From: Raillietiella orientalis
Taxonomy: Eukaryota
Assembly (NCBI GenBank): GCA_036172245.1
Contig: JAYWIR010000047.1
Span: forward strand, 930,001-994,000
DNA: 64,000 nt
Direction: 5' to 3'
Shown: piece after piece, positions 13,182 to 27,299 of the stretch
How the letters are laid out: each line of letters begins with the position of its first letter
How positions within the stretch are numbered: position 1 is the stretch's first letter
Translations under genes and position numbers: made by a program
Notes under the pieces: model-generated
What the model saw: the letters and a program-made list of their open reading frames with translations, nothing else
Database searches by the model: none
Told to the model about the DNA's origin: nothing

Positions 13182-13749
13182 TTGGAAGGATGGCCTCTGT
13201 AAATGCATGGGGAAACAATTCAGGAGATGAAGTGTTTTGTTAAACACAACTTGTATGGCCTGGCACCTGTATTGAGAAAATTTGTACCATTTATTATCTT
13301 TAATGAAGCAGTTATGTTAATGAATGGCAAGAAATAATGTGGTTCAAGAAACCAAATGTTGATTTCCACAATGATTTGGCAAGAATTGATGAAAAAAATC
13401 TTTTGCTTTGATTTAGTATTGCATTTGTTGATTTTGTGGTAGTGAATTTAATGAAAACACAAATAGCAATATTTTATGTCGTTAAGAAGAAAAATGTTCC
13501 ATATTTCTTGGGTGATTCCTTTTTTTTTTTTTTTCTGGAAAATGTCACCTACTCTGTAGTGATTCAAGTTACATTCGAAACGAACGCGTAATCAACAATT
13601 AATGCGTTGAAAATCGGACTCCCAACTTTGATTAGGATTTCCTTGAACACCTTGGAGCCTAGATAATGAAAAATTTGTGACGTTCACGTGACAGGTTAAA
13701 GATTTCGCTGCAAGCATCTTTTATTGAGGATCATAATACACGTGATTCT

Positions 13750-14640
13750 TGTGCATGGTGCTAAGTAAATGGAGACGGGATGCAAGCGCGACGAAATTTA
13801 TATTCCATGGAAGCCCAGGTGATGTTTGCTGCTGCTTTCACTGAGGCTCTTTGGTCCGATTACAAACGTGGAAAAATTTGTGGTTCGAAGTGCGCGTTCC
13901 AACGATGGTTTTGTGCTATACGAATGCTGTAGCAAGACATGAAATGCTCCGCAACCGGCATTTATAGTGTGTACCGCGATTTTTACATTTGTTTCATCGC
14001 GTCTGTTGACGTTTCGTTTCCTTTTTTTTCCTGCGTCCTTTGATGGTCCAACATTGGAACTCCACGACTGCATTTCTGGCCACTTCTCAGTACCCGCGAA
14101 ATGAGCAAATAAGGGAGCAGAGGAACCATCGATTCCATTCTTTGGTTGTGAGAATAGCCGAAGGATTGGCTTCAACGACGTGGTTTTTCTTCGTGCTGGA
14201 AGCACCCTCATGCATTATGGTTTCCTGTTTAGCACAGCTCAACCGAATACCTGCTCACGAAACCGGAAACCACAAACAAACAAATACGTTATCGTTGTGA
14301 ATACAAACGGATTGGAATGCATCAGGTCGTAGTCGCCACGGAGAGCTTAAATCACCGATTTCCGTATTGATAAAAGCATTCCGTAATCAGCAGATGGGAA
14401 GTTAGGAAATATGAAACCATTTTTGGAGCAAACTCCTTGGCGAAGGAAAGCGAAAATGCTGATGCAGAGAACACGGCCTTATGTTTCTTAGATTCTGCTC
14501 GTTTGCACATCAATGAATGCAATAGTACTCTACTGCCATTCACTTCATTCTAGCCTCACACGAAATTTAAACCTGGCAGGAAGGTCGTAAGTCCAGCACA
14601 CGTTTCGTCATAACGCAAAATAGAACTATTCGAACACACA
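13750..14640 (-). pseudogene. Endogenous viral element: decayed nairovirus-like N gene
   Basis: ORF 14352..14543, KRAESKKHKAVFSASAFSLSFAKEFAPKMVSYFLTSHLLITECF, aligns by eye with nairovirus N [42 protein letters not shown]; downstream KCSRGVPML resembles KSGRSGIAL. Confidence 0.5.
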
Positions 14641-15149
14641 TAAGAGTCTGATTTCTTGATCAGGTGATGAAAAAGAATCTACGTCATAAGTCTGCATTGT
14701 TCCGGAAGTCAACTGTGAATCACCTTATTTTGTACCAATGGGAAATATCAGCTGGAACATGTTCTGAAGTGTCATCAGATGAGACAAGCTATTAATGAGT
14801 CTAAGAGATTCAGCATCCAATCAGAAAGATCATGCAGATTGCCTATCAAGCACTTATCTGTATATGATTTCAGAACACAGAGAAATGAGAACCATTAACT
14901 TGAAAACTAAAAAATTAACCTAGCAAACTGCATTGCTAGCATCATGTTTAACACAACACGATGAAAAAAGCAAGCCAGGATTTCTTTAAAAAAAATTATA
15001 AAGGCTTTTTTTCACGCTGATGTCACACACGATGAAACCTATGAAAGCACTATAATTGGAAGTACACTTGAGCACATGATACTAAAGAAACATTTACACT
15101 ACAAATTCACAAACTCTGCTAGCAATGAGCTCCTGATTAATTTCATTTA

Positions 15150-16560
15150 AGTTGACTTCTGCATTATTCATTACAGTTAAATTCACTCTTCCTAGTGACA
15201 CTGCAAAATATTAGCAATGCTTGTGACTTTAACTGTAATTTTTAGTTGTTGTAAAGACTGAGAATAATTTACTTTGCTACTTGTCAAGAAATCCTAGTGT
15301 GAAGTTTGATAGACAAGCCTTCACTTTCTGATCTTAAGACTGCAAGCTGGATTAAGCTGAGAATAGTTTATGCCAGTAATGTAGGATGTGAATGTCAGCT
15401 TTTAGTCTAACATATGCAACAGTAAGAAAAATATCATGAGTCATATCAGTTGTAAAATAAAATTCCTACCCTAGAAATTTTTAAATTTTGTAAAAAATTG
15501 CATTTCACAGCATGGAGACAAAACAAGTGCCAATTCAAACTTTTAATTAGAACAAGCTATGCTATCAGGCATGACATCAAACATCAGCAAAGCTTTTTGT
15601 GACTTATGTAAATAAGAGAAGTTCTTATAATTATGTTTTGACAGCAGTTGTCAGCAAAATAAAAGATAAAAAAAAGTTCACAAGTAGTTCACAGGATAAA
15701 AAATTGACTGTGATTTGATGCCCCATGTACATCTGCATAAACATTAATTGGTAAACATAAGGAGGATTGGGTGATTGAATGGGATAATTGAATGAAACCT
15801 AGAGTTTTAGCATTTCTAAACAGGCAATGTTACTTTCTCCATTCTGCATTCAAGGATGCAAGTGCTGCTACTGCATAATGACAAATGCCAGGACAAATTA
15901 AAGAATTAAAGAAAGTGATCTACATAAGTAAGTTATTTTTAAATCTTACTATTAAGTGGAAATAAAATAAAATGCTCCATATGACACAACTTGTTTCCTT
16001 TCTTGATAGATCATTACACAAGGGTGGAAATTAGATACCAAGAGAATATCGGAACTCTAAAACGAATTCTTCCCTTAATTACTGTTGTATGTTTCATGGA
16101 TTATTCCTTCTATTAAAAATGACACTGGAGCTGAAAACGCATTGCTGTAACTGCTGCTTCCTTCTTAATTCTGTTACACAGATATTCAATTTCTTCATAA
16201 AGCATCTGTTAATTTAAATTGGAGATAAGGTTACTTTTTATGCGTTAACAAGGCATATCAGCAATTGATATTTAAGCATCATAAGTTCTCTCATTTAATA
16301 ATCTAGCAATTTTCAATAAATAGTAACTTATGAGAGAATCAGGGTTAATTAGGACTACCCTATCTTGTTAACCTTTTGTTGTTGCCCATTTTTTATAACA
16401 TTTCCAAAACTCAATGGTGAACATGATCTCACAGTGTGCACTTTTCTGCTTTACACTTCCGACAATTGAGAAATATTTAAATGATAATGATATCTAAATC
16501 AATACAGCAAATGCATATTGTACAGGATCTAGACTTCAAAGCAATTAGCCAAAAACAAAA
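15150..16560 (-). pseudogene. Possible phenuivirus-like nucleocapsid relics (two pieces)
   Basis: About 15150-15400: LIQLAVLRSE...KLHTRIS...LKITVK...VSLGRV versus MIVLALTRGN...KMS...KYKL...LTLSRV. About 15800-16560: LDPVQY...FPPLCNDL..KKGNKL...SLICPGI. Many stops; weak. Confidence 0.3.
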
Positions 16561-16908
16561 AAATAATGATCTCACTGTTGAACTGATCATTTCTATTGTC
16601 TGTTTTCTTCAATGTTTATCAATCACTTGATAGAAACGAACTCCGTGAAAGTAATTCAAACAATAAAATGAATGCACCAGATGTTGCACCCATAAAGATA
16701 CCAGGCTGCTTTACAAGACACAGTTAGAGCTCAGCACATAACAAAAGATAACTTACTTTCAAATTATAAATTAGGATACTTTCACAAAGTGCATCCACGA
16801 AAAACATAAAATTTATCTAAAGCAGCCTGATTGCATTTATCCATTATTAATAACAATAATAATCTTAGCATAGAAATATTATATTCTTCAGGAGATGAAC
16901 CAGTAACT

Positions 16909-17658
16909 TCAGTAAACATGAACCATTCCATATAAAAAGGTCCAAAATAAAACGTATGTCTTGTGATATTAAGGAATCTTTAAAAATACACTTGCAAAGG
17001 ATACAAAAAGTCCTCCAAGAAGACCATTGGTCAACAAACTTCTTCGGTTCTTGATATACGAAGGATGATTCTTTCCTACCTTATGAAGAAGCATTAACTA
17101 AAAGGATTTCATTACTTTTATTAAGTGTTGCAATAGTTACCCATAAACAAAATGCTCCAAAGAAGTAAAATACAAATCCTAACAATCCAGTAAATCCCAG
17201 TGCTCCCGCAGTTATTCCACTTAAGGCTGCTGTGGATATTTTGCAATATTCAACAACTGCAGCATTGTTTTTTATAGCCAAATCACTATAAGCAATCAAC
17301 TCTATAAATAAAAACAAATTAAAGAACATATACCGACCATACAAATACAATCAGAAACGCATTTTTCATATAATCAATGTTTAACCGGGTTTGGTGCCAT
17401 ATATTCTGTTATCTTAAATGCCTACATTTCTTTATTATTAAAATACAAGTCTGAAATTGATAAACCTCAACAATGATTCTGCAAAACATTTATACGTGAG
17501 CATTATCCAAGAATACTGCCGTAAAATTCCATGCTATGAAACAAATTTGTGATATCGTTCTACCTTTGAGCGAGAAAGCTTAGTAAAGTATGGAAATTGT
17601 TTCCTTCCCACATACCTCCAGTTTTGCTCCTTCGTGCACGCACAAACTGAGAAGTCAT
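16909..17658 (-). CDS. EMC6: ER membrane protein complex subunit 6 (exons 17658-17616, 17301-17141, 17097-17005, 16959-16909)
   Basis: [57 protein letters not shown]...[30 protein letters not shown]; the C-terminus is diagnostic. Confidence 0.95.
16960..17004 (-). other. U12-type (minor) GT-AG intron, 45 nt, in EMC6
   Basis: 5' site GTATCCTTT and branch site TTCCTTAAT shortly before the AAG acceptor; removal restores the conserved GGLF|TYVLFW. Confidence 0.9.
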
Positions 17659-18029
17659 TTCGAATACAAATGGATCAATATGGAATATAAGGCATAATCT
17701 TTTGAATAGTGAACTGGTGGCAATTACAAGACACACAAACCTGATAAGAAGACACACTCAATATGTTTCAGAACTTATCATACTTAAACAAAACCATTAC
17801 ACACAATGTACCTACTGAACTCTGTATCACAATCATTGCACTTTCCCAACACACTTTGAATTAAGTGAAGCTCGAATTCATGCCTCACAACGTAAGCAGT
17901 TTTCTTGAGAAATATGTGAGGATTTTTATTATACTTTGTGTGCACAAGTGCTGTTTGATATCTCATTCAACGAATACCATAATTTCGCACGTATACTTTT
18001 AAATCGTCACAAGAAGGCGTTCGCTTTGA

Positions 18030-18960
18030 AGATCACGATACGAGCACATTCCCTTAGAAACTGCCCTACGTGCTAGCATGCATTTTCTGCTCGATTGCTG
18101 TTCGGGGTAACCTAGCAGATCGCAAAGGTTACCAAATTCGTCTTTCAATGGGAATCGACGTGACTAACAACAAAAGACACGCCCAAACTCCTTGCTCAGG
18201 GTTCGCAAGGGTGGATCCAGCTATTCCGACTTCTCCATGGAAATTTTCAGATCTCCGGACTCCTGATCCATACTCCCGCCCCAACTCCCCAGTACGAAGA
18301 CATCATCATTTTGCTGGTGCACGAGGACATTTCTTGAAATGAGAAACGTTACCACGACTCAGGGGATAGAATCTCCGAACAATGGTCCCACCTAGGCATG
18401 ATCCAAACCCTACCTTACGTGCTATTGGGATGGATCAGGCTGTAGCAGAGAAGAAACCTCATGTCAGCGTCAATTCAGTTTCCTAATGATACCACATAGG
18501 ATCTGTTCAGACGAAGGTTCCACTCTCTGGGCTTACCAATAGTCTTCTCTCGCGAGATCTCCTACGTCCTAATAACGGTGGACACCCAAATGGAAGCAGT
18601 GTGTGGCTATCATCTTAGAAAGTCTTTGCCTATCGACACCGCCTTCATATGGAGGGAGATGAAACAACCCAAACTAGTATGTAAAATACTAGTTATCCTG
18701 AGAGCAATGGTAGTATGTCTACCATTGCCCTCACGCTCGAAGCCCTTGACGTACCATTCCTACATCTCCTCCTTTTCCGACACAGGTGTTTGGGAATCAA
18801 GTTTGTCACAATGAGTCTGGTCCATCTATTCCCTCTTTATTTATTTATTCCTTGCTCCTCTTTCCCCGTCCTCCACTCCCTCCCTGATATTACCCTCAAG
18901 GATGTTTGTTTCTCTTCTCTTGGAGCCTATACACCTCTGTTGTCTTCTTCTTGTTGAAAA
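18030..18960 (+). mobile_element. Decayed LINE 3' end with pyrimidine-rich 3' tail
   Basis: Degenerate zinc finger (GCSREET), GC content above the flanks, and a C/T-rich tail like the other LINE ends in the window. Confidence 0.4.
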
Positions 18961-20997
18961 TTCATTCATTTATATCAAATAAGTGTCTCATCAAACCAGA
19001 ATTAGAACATAAGGGCTTATTTGCGAATCGAAACCCAGATAAACAAAAAAATACACCCCTGATACTTTGGTGAATGGAAAAAAATTGATTAATCCATAGG
19101 ATGAGTCATTTATATGAGCTCTCAGTTGGATTAACAGTGAAGTATATTTGGCATCCATTTATATCCAAGTATCATTCACTTGAGTCTGCATTTTACCATT
19201 CAGAAGTATTCATTCATTTATTTTCATGTGGTTAACGAAGAACGACTTCTACTTTTTTAGAATCTTTTAAAAGAGACAAGTTTTTTCATTCTGACGAATT
19301 TCAAGTTGCAAATGTTCCGTATCTATGAGCTTCTAATATTTAAGAATTAAAAATCATTTTGCTTTATAGATGAATTGCTTTCATAATTTGTTCTTCCCTC
19401 AGTTGGACATCCAATTTTTGTTTACGGTTAGAAGACTTTTCAGTCTTTTCCTTATTCAGAACCAAATCACCACCAAACATATAATTTTCAAGCACGGTTA
19501 CCTATATATAAAATTAGTTTCCTTATCAAAAAGTATTTTTTTGAAAATGCTGATAAGTCAAGTACAACAAAGGGTGTTTATTGCATGGCAAACAAGAATC
19601 AAGAAAAAATTGCACAGGAAAATTTATCTCAAGGGAGAAAATTTTTTTTTCCTCAAATTATTGCAGATATTTAGAGCAACAACATCCGTTAATACCTATT
19701 CACAAAAAAATATTCTTCTATTATGGTGAAAATGCCTATCCTAAGGTTTGGGAGCAAAACTTTGTTAGGGTGCTTGGCCTGCTCGGAAGACATATGATTT
19801 TTTAAATGAATGTTTCTCATAGAAAAAAAGTCTCATTTTAGTACTGAAAAAATACAAATAATATAAAAATTCTTGATCATCAAAATTTCTGAGTAAAAGA
19901 AACTCTAGAAATGATTCCAACTGATTATATTCAGAAGAATTATAAATTTCACACTCAGTTTCATTCCTGAATACGCGCTATTCATTTTGGAACACAGGTT
20001 CCAGTAGCATTAATAAAATGCAGGTAATAGTTTTTTGATCATATGTTATCTTTTTCATGAAAGAAAATTCCTCGATTATCCTTTTATCAAATCTCGTCTT
20101 ATATTCGCTCATATGTATTAAGAGAAAATCATAAACACTGTTTTTAAGTTTACAGAATTCAAATTCAAAATACTTTCGAGTTGATCGGACTAACTAAAGG
20201 TTGGCATTATTTGAATAAAAGGATAAGATGAATGTTTATAAAATTTAGAATTTGCAAAACAACTACAAAATTGCGTGTGATGGTGGCAGTGTGAAATCGT
20301 TTGTACGGTTTACAAGCAAAAACCAACTTCTTCTTCTAAATATTCTGCATTTTTCATGGATTATATAACAGCTGACTTGACTTGCACATGTAACAGCTAC
20401 TAAATTTCTAAATAATGAACCCTGATAATGTTTGCATCTCATGTATGATAATGAGTTCAAATAAGTTTAAGGCATTCGACTATTGCAATTAGCAACGCAA
20501 ATTGCTACAAAGAACATGTAACATATGAATAGCATGATGGTGATCATACCAAGACAATTGTTTTAATTGTTGACTACAGAAGCAAGTAGTATTTTTTTCA
20601 TTTAAAAAGCTAGTGTGCTTTGAACATGGCTGGAAACCATCAATGATAAAACCTATTACTCATAGTAAAATTCCGAAGTCTATTGAATAATGCATTCAAA
20701 GGAGAAAATAAAGAAATACAGGCACACAAGAAAGTTTCGTGATAATCACACTCTATCAAAGATCCTGATGAAGTATGATTCACACAAGAAAGTTTAGGCT
20801 AAACTGCGGGGCATTATATAATTACTAATATAATTTTGGATTATTCTTGTTATAGATGATGTGAAATGAGAAATTTTCTCTAATAAATTTCAAATTTATT
20901 ATTTTATTATTTTGACGGACAGTGCTTACCAGCACTTTTGGAGATTGTTCTCAATAAGTTAAAATTGAGCATCTGGTACCCTTGTAGTGGGAACAGC

Positions 20998-21008
20998 TTC
21001 CGGAAGTG
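20998..21008 (+). promoter_or_regulatory. Palindromic ETS-type site (CTTCCGGAAGT) just upstream of RpL27A
   Basis: CCGGAAGTG core about 20 nt before the ATG; ETS/GABP sites are common in ribosomal protein promoters. Confidence 0.4.
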
Positions 21009-21023
21009 CTGTGTCTTGGGAAG

Positions 21024-21800
<777 letters not shown>

Positions 21801-22849
21801 CAAATAAAGAGAGCATTTCATTTGCTTGTTTGGTATGCTTTCTGTCATTTGCAGCAGTTCGGAGTAAACAGCTTGTGAATAAACTGCTAAATAGGGGAAG
21901 AGTATTTGTTTGAACTTAATTTTGTTTCTTTGATGCCAGCAATTTTTCTGTTGACATTCACTAGTGCATGTAGATAGAAAAATCTCGGTAACTAGTTTAG
22001 TTGATGCATGTCTTTGCCTTCTTTGCCTTCACCAGTGCTATATTGTGTATTTTGAATGTATTTATTTCAGGGAACATTCATGTTCCATGATAATGCATTC
22101 TTTTGTGATATAACAAAAATACTCACCCTGTTCCACTTCCTGTGGTTTCACTGATTGTCGTACAGCAGGCTATAGATTCTGTAATTTTTGAATTACCCAA
22201 TAGCACTTAATTAATATCTAGTCAGAATCTCACTTTCCTGCACCTTTCTTTTGTAGCACCTGTGCATTTGACCGATTTTTGTGGAAGTGTGTTTGGTTTT
22301 CAAATATGCGCACTGTCATGAATATCAAAGTTTCTCGAATGATTGCCAAAAACTGCACGTGTAACACATTGATCTCTTTAAGTGTCTGTTTTGTGCTTTC
22401 AAGTGTCATTTGAAGTACACTGACCCAAGATACCAGAAAATGGTTCACACTCCATCAGTACATGAATTTTTATTGATAGCACACACTTAGTTTCCTATCT
22501 CTGTTGACTCTCTAACCCACTGAACATGGAATACACTGCATATACACCCTCTGTGGTCGATACCATCTCTTGAGATTGTTAGCAGGCAGCTGGTGTTGAT
22601 GTTGCTCGCTGCAGCCTCCAAAAGAGCGATTAGTGACCGAGTCTGCGTGAGTTGTCAGGTATCTTAGTCTGCCCCGTATATTTTTACGTATTTATTCACG
22701 TATTGTGCCCTCGTTGTTGCAGCTGGATGTTTGGCTTACGATGGTGCGGATCTTCCGCATTGCCTCCTGCCTGGGCTCCTGGACAACATTGGAACCCAGT
22801 TCCAGCTATAACTATGTTTATTTTCTAATTAACCCTCATTTTGACCGGG

Positions 22850-23740
22850 TGAGGAAATCTTCATCCCGTTGACAAATCTTAGACCTCAAGATGGAGGCCG
22901 AGACACTGTTGCCGACGGCTACGTGTGCACCATCGTAAGCCAGTCAAACGTCCGCAAACGGCAAAGTGGAAATACAGGAAACACCCATAGAAGATGTAGG
23001 CATGGATATCATTTCGTGTAACCTCTTAAGAGTGGGAAGCAGTGACGGAGGATTGGGGACACTGGAGAGCGAGAGTGTTCACTAATGTCCTCTGGACCTA
23101 AGGCTCCAGGGGGCAGAAAACTGATACGGGAGACGGGCGAGATGTCTCCTTCCGAGCAGGCCAAGCACGTCGCCACGAAAGAGATCTAAATCTGGTCGAT
23201 CGGCATCTGATCGTTGAACAGCTGGTGCACAAAAGATATTCAGAGTGTTCCGTAGCTTGACTAAAGCCTTCTTGCACGAGTTCTCCGCTGCGGTTCGAAT
23301 TCCAAATCTGGAGTTTTTTTAGCTACTGGGCTAAGTCTGCTTGTAAGATTTCAGCATTCTGCAGATTCAGAAGTGTATCATCTTTAGGTGTTCAGATTGC
23401 ATAGTTCTGTTGTGGTTGCCATCTGGCAAATGTCCCTACTGTGTTGGATATTGGACAACACCATCATTTGCGAACCCGGTTTGCATATATTCTTGGAAAT
23501 TCCAGCTTTTCCGGAAGATCTTCCTTCGTGAAATGTCAAGATGCCAATGAGCTGATGACAATCAAACTAAGTGACTCTTTAGGTACCTGAGAAAGCACAT
23601 GGTTTCAATACCTTCATTTATTCTTGTGCTCTTTGGAACCCTGCCGTTATGCTTTCATATGGGCAGCGTGCATCAAGCACTATGAAAGTGGTTCCCTTTT
23701 TTCAGAAAAAGTTTGAATAGTAATGGCAACTCCACGCCTG
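22850..23740 (-). pseudogene. Endogenous viral element: decayed nairovirus-like N gene
   Basis: Colinear VLSQVPKESL, LDISRRKIF, QMPIDQI*ISF, GDISPVSRISFL and SSMGVSCISTLPFADV*LAYDG versus VLAEYKVPGEIV, SDMIRRRNLI, AQIDTAFSSY, TFPTVSQFLF and SEMGVCFGTIPVANPDDAAQG. Confidence 0.6.
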
Positions 23741-23769
23741 GTGTCTTTTGGTTGTATCATATCTCGCAT

Positions 23770-23830
23770 CCTCCATGCTATTCTGGTAAACACGGACGTC
23801 AAGTTATTATCGAAACTGTGGACTGTACCC
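23770..23830 (+). mobile_element. Tiny LINE reverse-transcriptase fragment
   Basis: ILVNTDVKLLSKLW, nearly identical to ITLVNSNVKLLSKLW in the RT relic at about 50.8 kb. Confidence 0.6.
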
Positions 23831-23959
23831 GTTGGACAGATGGCGACATTTTCAGTAAGTCTCCCAAAGACATATTCTGTGCCTTTGTAGTCGTTGATGC
23901 CAGGACTTTTATTGACAAATAAACAAACATAACAATTTCGTCATAGGTTCTAGTCAAGG

Positions 23960-24500
23960 GAAATGATCACGTAAGGGCTATACAAAAAAGAGGCAATAAA
24001 TGAATAGGAAATGTACATGCTTGAGGGGGTCACAGGGGGGGGACTCTGAGATGAGGGCAGCCTGTTTTTACTACTTTCAAATCTCTAAGTGCATTGGAGA
24101 TTACTTCCCTGTTCACAACATTGGGGGAGGCCACTTGCTGGCACATGCTCCCTGGCAGTGACCAGACATATGGCTTCCCCATATTCCTGGATTGCTCCCC
24201 TTCAAAGGTCCACTACCAATATGTAGAGGACGTATCGCAGTATCTTCCTTACTATGACCGTAGATAGCAATTGAGGAAGAAACAAAGCAAGCACCAGATA
24301 AAACAGCGGTCGACTGGGTGCGAGAGGGATCCCTCTGGCCACTCCACTCCCGATTGAAGGGTACCACGCTCCAAGAAGAGGTGCGGGATCGTTTAGACCA
24401 TATGTCACCTCATACAATCCAGGGGAGCATTCCCACCAGTCTCTTTGTGGTGACGCTTATCACAGGTACCCTCAGGACAAAAAGAGCGTCATATGCTGAA
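23960..24500 (-). mobile_element. LINE ORF2 3' end (zinc finger plus 3' UTR)
   Basis: TCDKRHHKETGGNAPLDC, a degenerate C..C..ET..H...DC finger, followed by a 3' UTR-like tail. Confidence 0.45.
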
Positions 24501-24724
24501 AAATAAGAAGCATCACGGAGTTCTTCGAACACATTTAGAGTGTTACCAGTTCTCCTTTGGAGATCCCAAAACACTTTTCACTTCCTGAAACTTTGATGGT
24601 TCCGCAAACTCAGTGCGACTGTCTTCCAGCTAGCCTGCCAAGTATTCTCCGAGAAACTTGAACTCGGATATCGTATGTACACTGTGGCATCCACTGCACA
24701 GACAAGATGTATCAAGTGAAGAGA

Positions 24725-24788
24725 ATCTCGGCTTCGCTATGGATTGTCAGAGATAGGCCTCACTGACAACCCATAGCAAAGCCGAGAT
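24725..24788 (-). repeat. 26-bp inverted repeat with 12-nt loop (hairpin)
   Basis: ATCTCGGCTTCGCTATGGATTGTCAG / CTGACAACCCATAGCAAAGCCGAGAT; the two mismatches become G-U pairs on the minus strand. Confidence 0.9.
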
Positions 24789-24849
24789 AGCACGAAGAAT
24801 CTAGCCAACGGAAGCCATCATGGACAGACTAGACAAAGGATGTTTCATC

Positions 24850-26300
24850 TGAGTTTTCTGAAGACAGTCAGATTTCAGGAGGCACTAGAATCGAAGAAAT
24901 ATTCTGGGATACATTCTGAGATCAATTGATGAATACAGTCAAAGTTTAAAGAGCTTTCTGCAATGAAACGCGTTAAAAGATTCGTATGCAGAGTTCTCTG
25001 GATTGGAAATCTTAAATGCCTAGAAAATGCTGCTGTTGGCGAATCCTTTCTTCTAAATGTGCACATTGTTTTAGAATCCTAACTCCTGTTTTGCGGGAAA
25101 TAGAGTTTCCTAACACAACCCTAGGCCTATGACTACTCTGAATTCTCTTGAAGGATCATACGAAATGCTTACTCCTAAGAAAGTTGGCAAAATAAAATCC
25201 AGGATTAACCTAAAATTTTCTCAAATTTCGAGATAAGAATTCAAGATCTAGACTGACACTTAAGTCTCTCTGTTGTTATGCCCGATACAGAGTTTGCATG
25301 TTTGTGATATCAGCAGTGATGGACCTCTGCAAAGGAAGTCTTTTATACCTTTTGGTTCACCTTTAGGAAAGAAGAGTGGCTTTTCAAGGACTGTTGGGGA
25401 AGAATTGGAACTAAAGACAGAGAAGAAACGGAGGTAAGCAGCGTCTGGGAATGGAAGAGCATAGGTACTTCCACAACTAATGGCTCGTGGGTTTCTCTAT
25501 GGGTAACTGAAAGCTCGTGTACTCATCCACACATGTATCGCCCTCAAAAGAAACCTTCTGCACCGAGGCATAGCACCATTTGGGGTACCCATTCAGTTAG
25601 CAGACTACAGTTTTGATGCGGTTTTACTAAAAAAGAAACCTCGTGTTTGTTGTTTCTTTAAACCGAATTCTTCTTGGTGCTCCTATTACCATGCAGAGTA
25701 GGACCTCCGGTTTGGAATAACTCAACGTTGCATTCTTGATTGGGCGGACATTACATTACATTTCCGACCGCTGACTAGATTTCAGACGATTCGGGTAATG
25801 CTATTCGGGAAGTAAAGCCAACGATGAAGGAATCTGGACAGATTCAAAAGCAGCTTTTGCCTCATGAACTAGGTAATCCGTCTTGTGCATTCACTTCGAT
25901 TTAGAGCTCGCCTAAGGCATGAGAAGGGAACCCTCAAATCCTTGTTCTTGAATGACTTTTCAGCCTCGTTGTTCGAGTATCTGTAGACTTCGTAATAGTC
26001 TCAAACGAGAAACCAAGTCTCTCGCAGTCTCTGGAGCTGCACGAGATGGTTATGAAACTAGCAAGCTGGTTTTATTCGATTGGCTCATAGGAAATTGAAA
26101 CACTGACAGCCACTATGACCGCTGTAGTTCATCATGCCTTCTTTAAAACCTAAGCAGCCAAATTTGCCCTGTTAACGATTTCCTCTCTTGGGAAATCGCC
26201 TGTCAAGTCAACCCATACACCTATTAGAAGACTCGTTCTACTCCGCTGCTCTCATAATGCTTTGAGTGTATTCTAAGCATGACATTAGGGAAATGACCCA
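24850..26300 (-). pseudogene. Possible further nairovirus-like N relic(s)
   Basis: NNVHI*KKGF...FKISNPENSAYES resembles NRIYMHP...IPVANPDDAAQG; other matches are weak. Confidence 0.25.
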
Positions 26301-27299
26301 AACTGACTATCTAAATCTTCTGACCGATGGCTGCAATCAGCGCATTCGCATCTTGAAGACAAGGAAAACCTTTGGGAGATCGAAACCTTTGGGCGCTTCA
26401 ACAATTCACATCGCGTGAGTACGTTTACTTCGGTGCAAGCATCCAGTTCACCGAAGTGACTTTGCCGTTTGCTAAACCATTTTGTTTTTCAATTGCAATT
26501 TAGGTAGGTGTGAACGATGGAAATCAAGGAAGGGAATGTGTTATCTTTTCGATGTCAGCTGTCTGAAAGCGTATGAGTCATGGAAAAAACATGATAGTGC
26601 AAGGTAAATCTTGTTAGAGCTGCCAGATCACCAAAGGATGAATGGGCTGATCTGATCACAACAACAGTGAAAATAAGTGATTAGTGGCTTTGATACTGTT
26701 CGAACCATCCCTAAGAGTTCTTACGTGATACATGTTCCAGATGCAGAATGAAAATTGCCCAAGAGGTGAAATCTGACTTGATTGATTTGGTCATGAGAAG
26801 TTTTATCAGAGACTCATCTGTATGAAACCATGAATTTTTAGCTTTCTGTGATCCCAAATGGTCTGAAAGTCTACATTTCTCGCACTTCATTTGCAATTTT
26901 CACTTCTGTGCTCCTTTCAGCTTTCATGTAGGTCTCTGTATATTAAGCATTGGTCATTCTTTGGTATCAAGGACTAAGTCATTCTGCCGAAGTAAACCTG
27001 ATCACATGTACCAATTTCCTGAGTTTGTATCAAAATGTTCAATGTTTCGTTTATCGTGCAGTCCTTATCACTTTATTTTTAAATTTTCAGTTATTCCTAC
27101 AATATACCTTTAACATTTAACGGAAGTTCCCTGACGTCAAGCTGCTTTCAAAATGCGGCACAAGGCAAACAGTGATTCAATATTTTAGTCATTCAGAAAA
27201 GGATTCCCAAATTGCTCTGTCGCAGCTTACAGTCTTGGGCTACCCAAATTTCCCAATAAGTATATTTCTAGACGTTTGTTTCCAAGATGGATAGCATTC

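Noticed and set aside
15800..16000. TBC1D32/BROMI-like pseudogene (FFNSL...GICHY)
   Set aside because: The similarity is limited to a few residues and no consistent spliced model could be built.
19370..19805. AT-rich ORFs upstream of RpL27A
   Set aside because: F/I/K/L-biased composition typical of chance ORFs; no recognisable homology.
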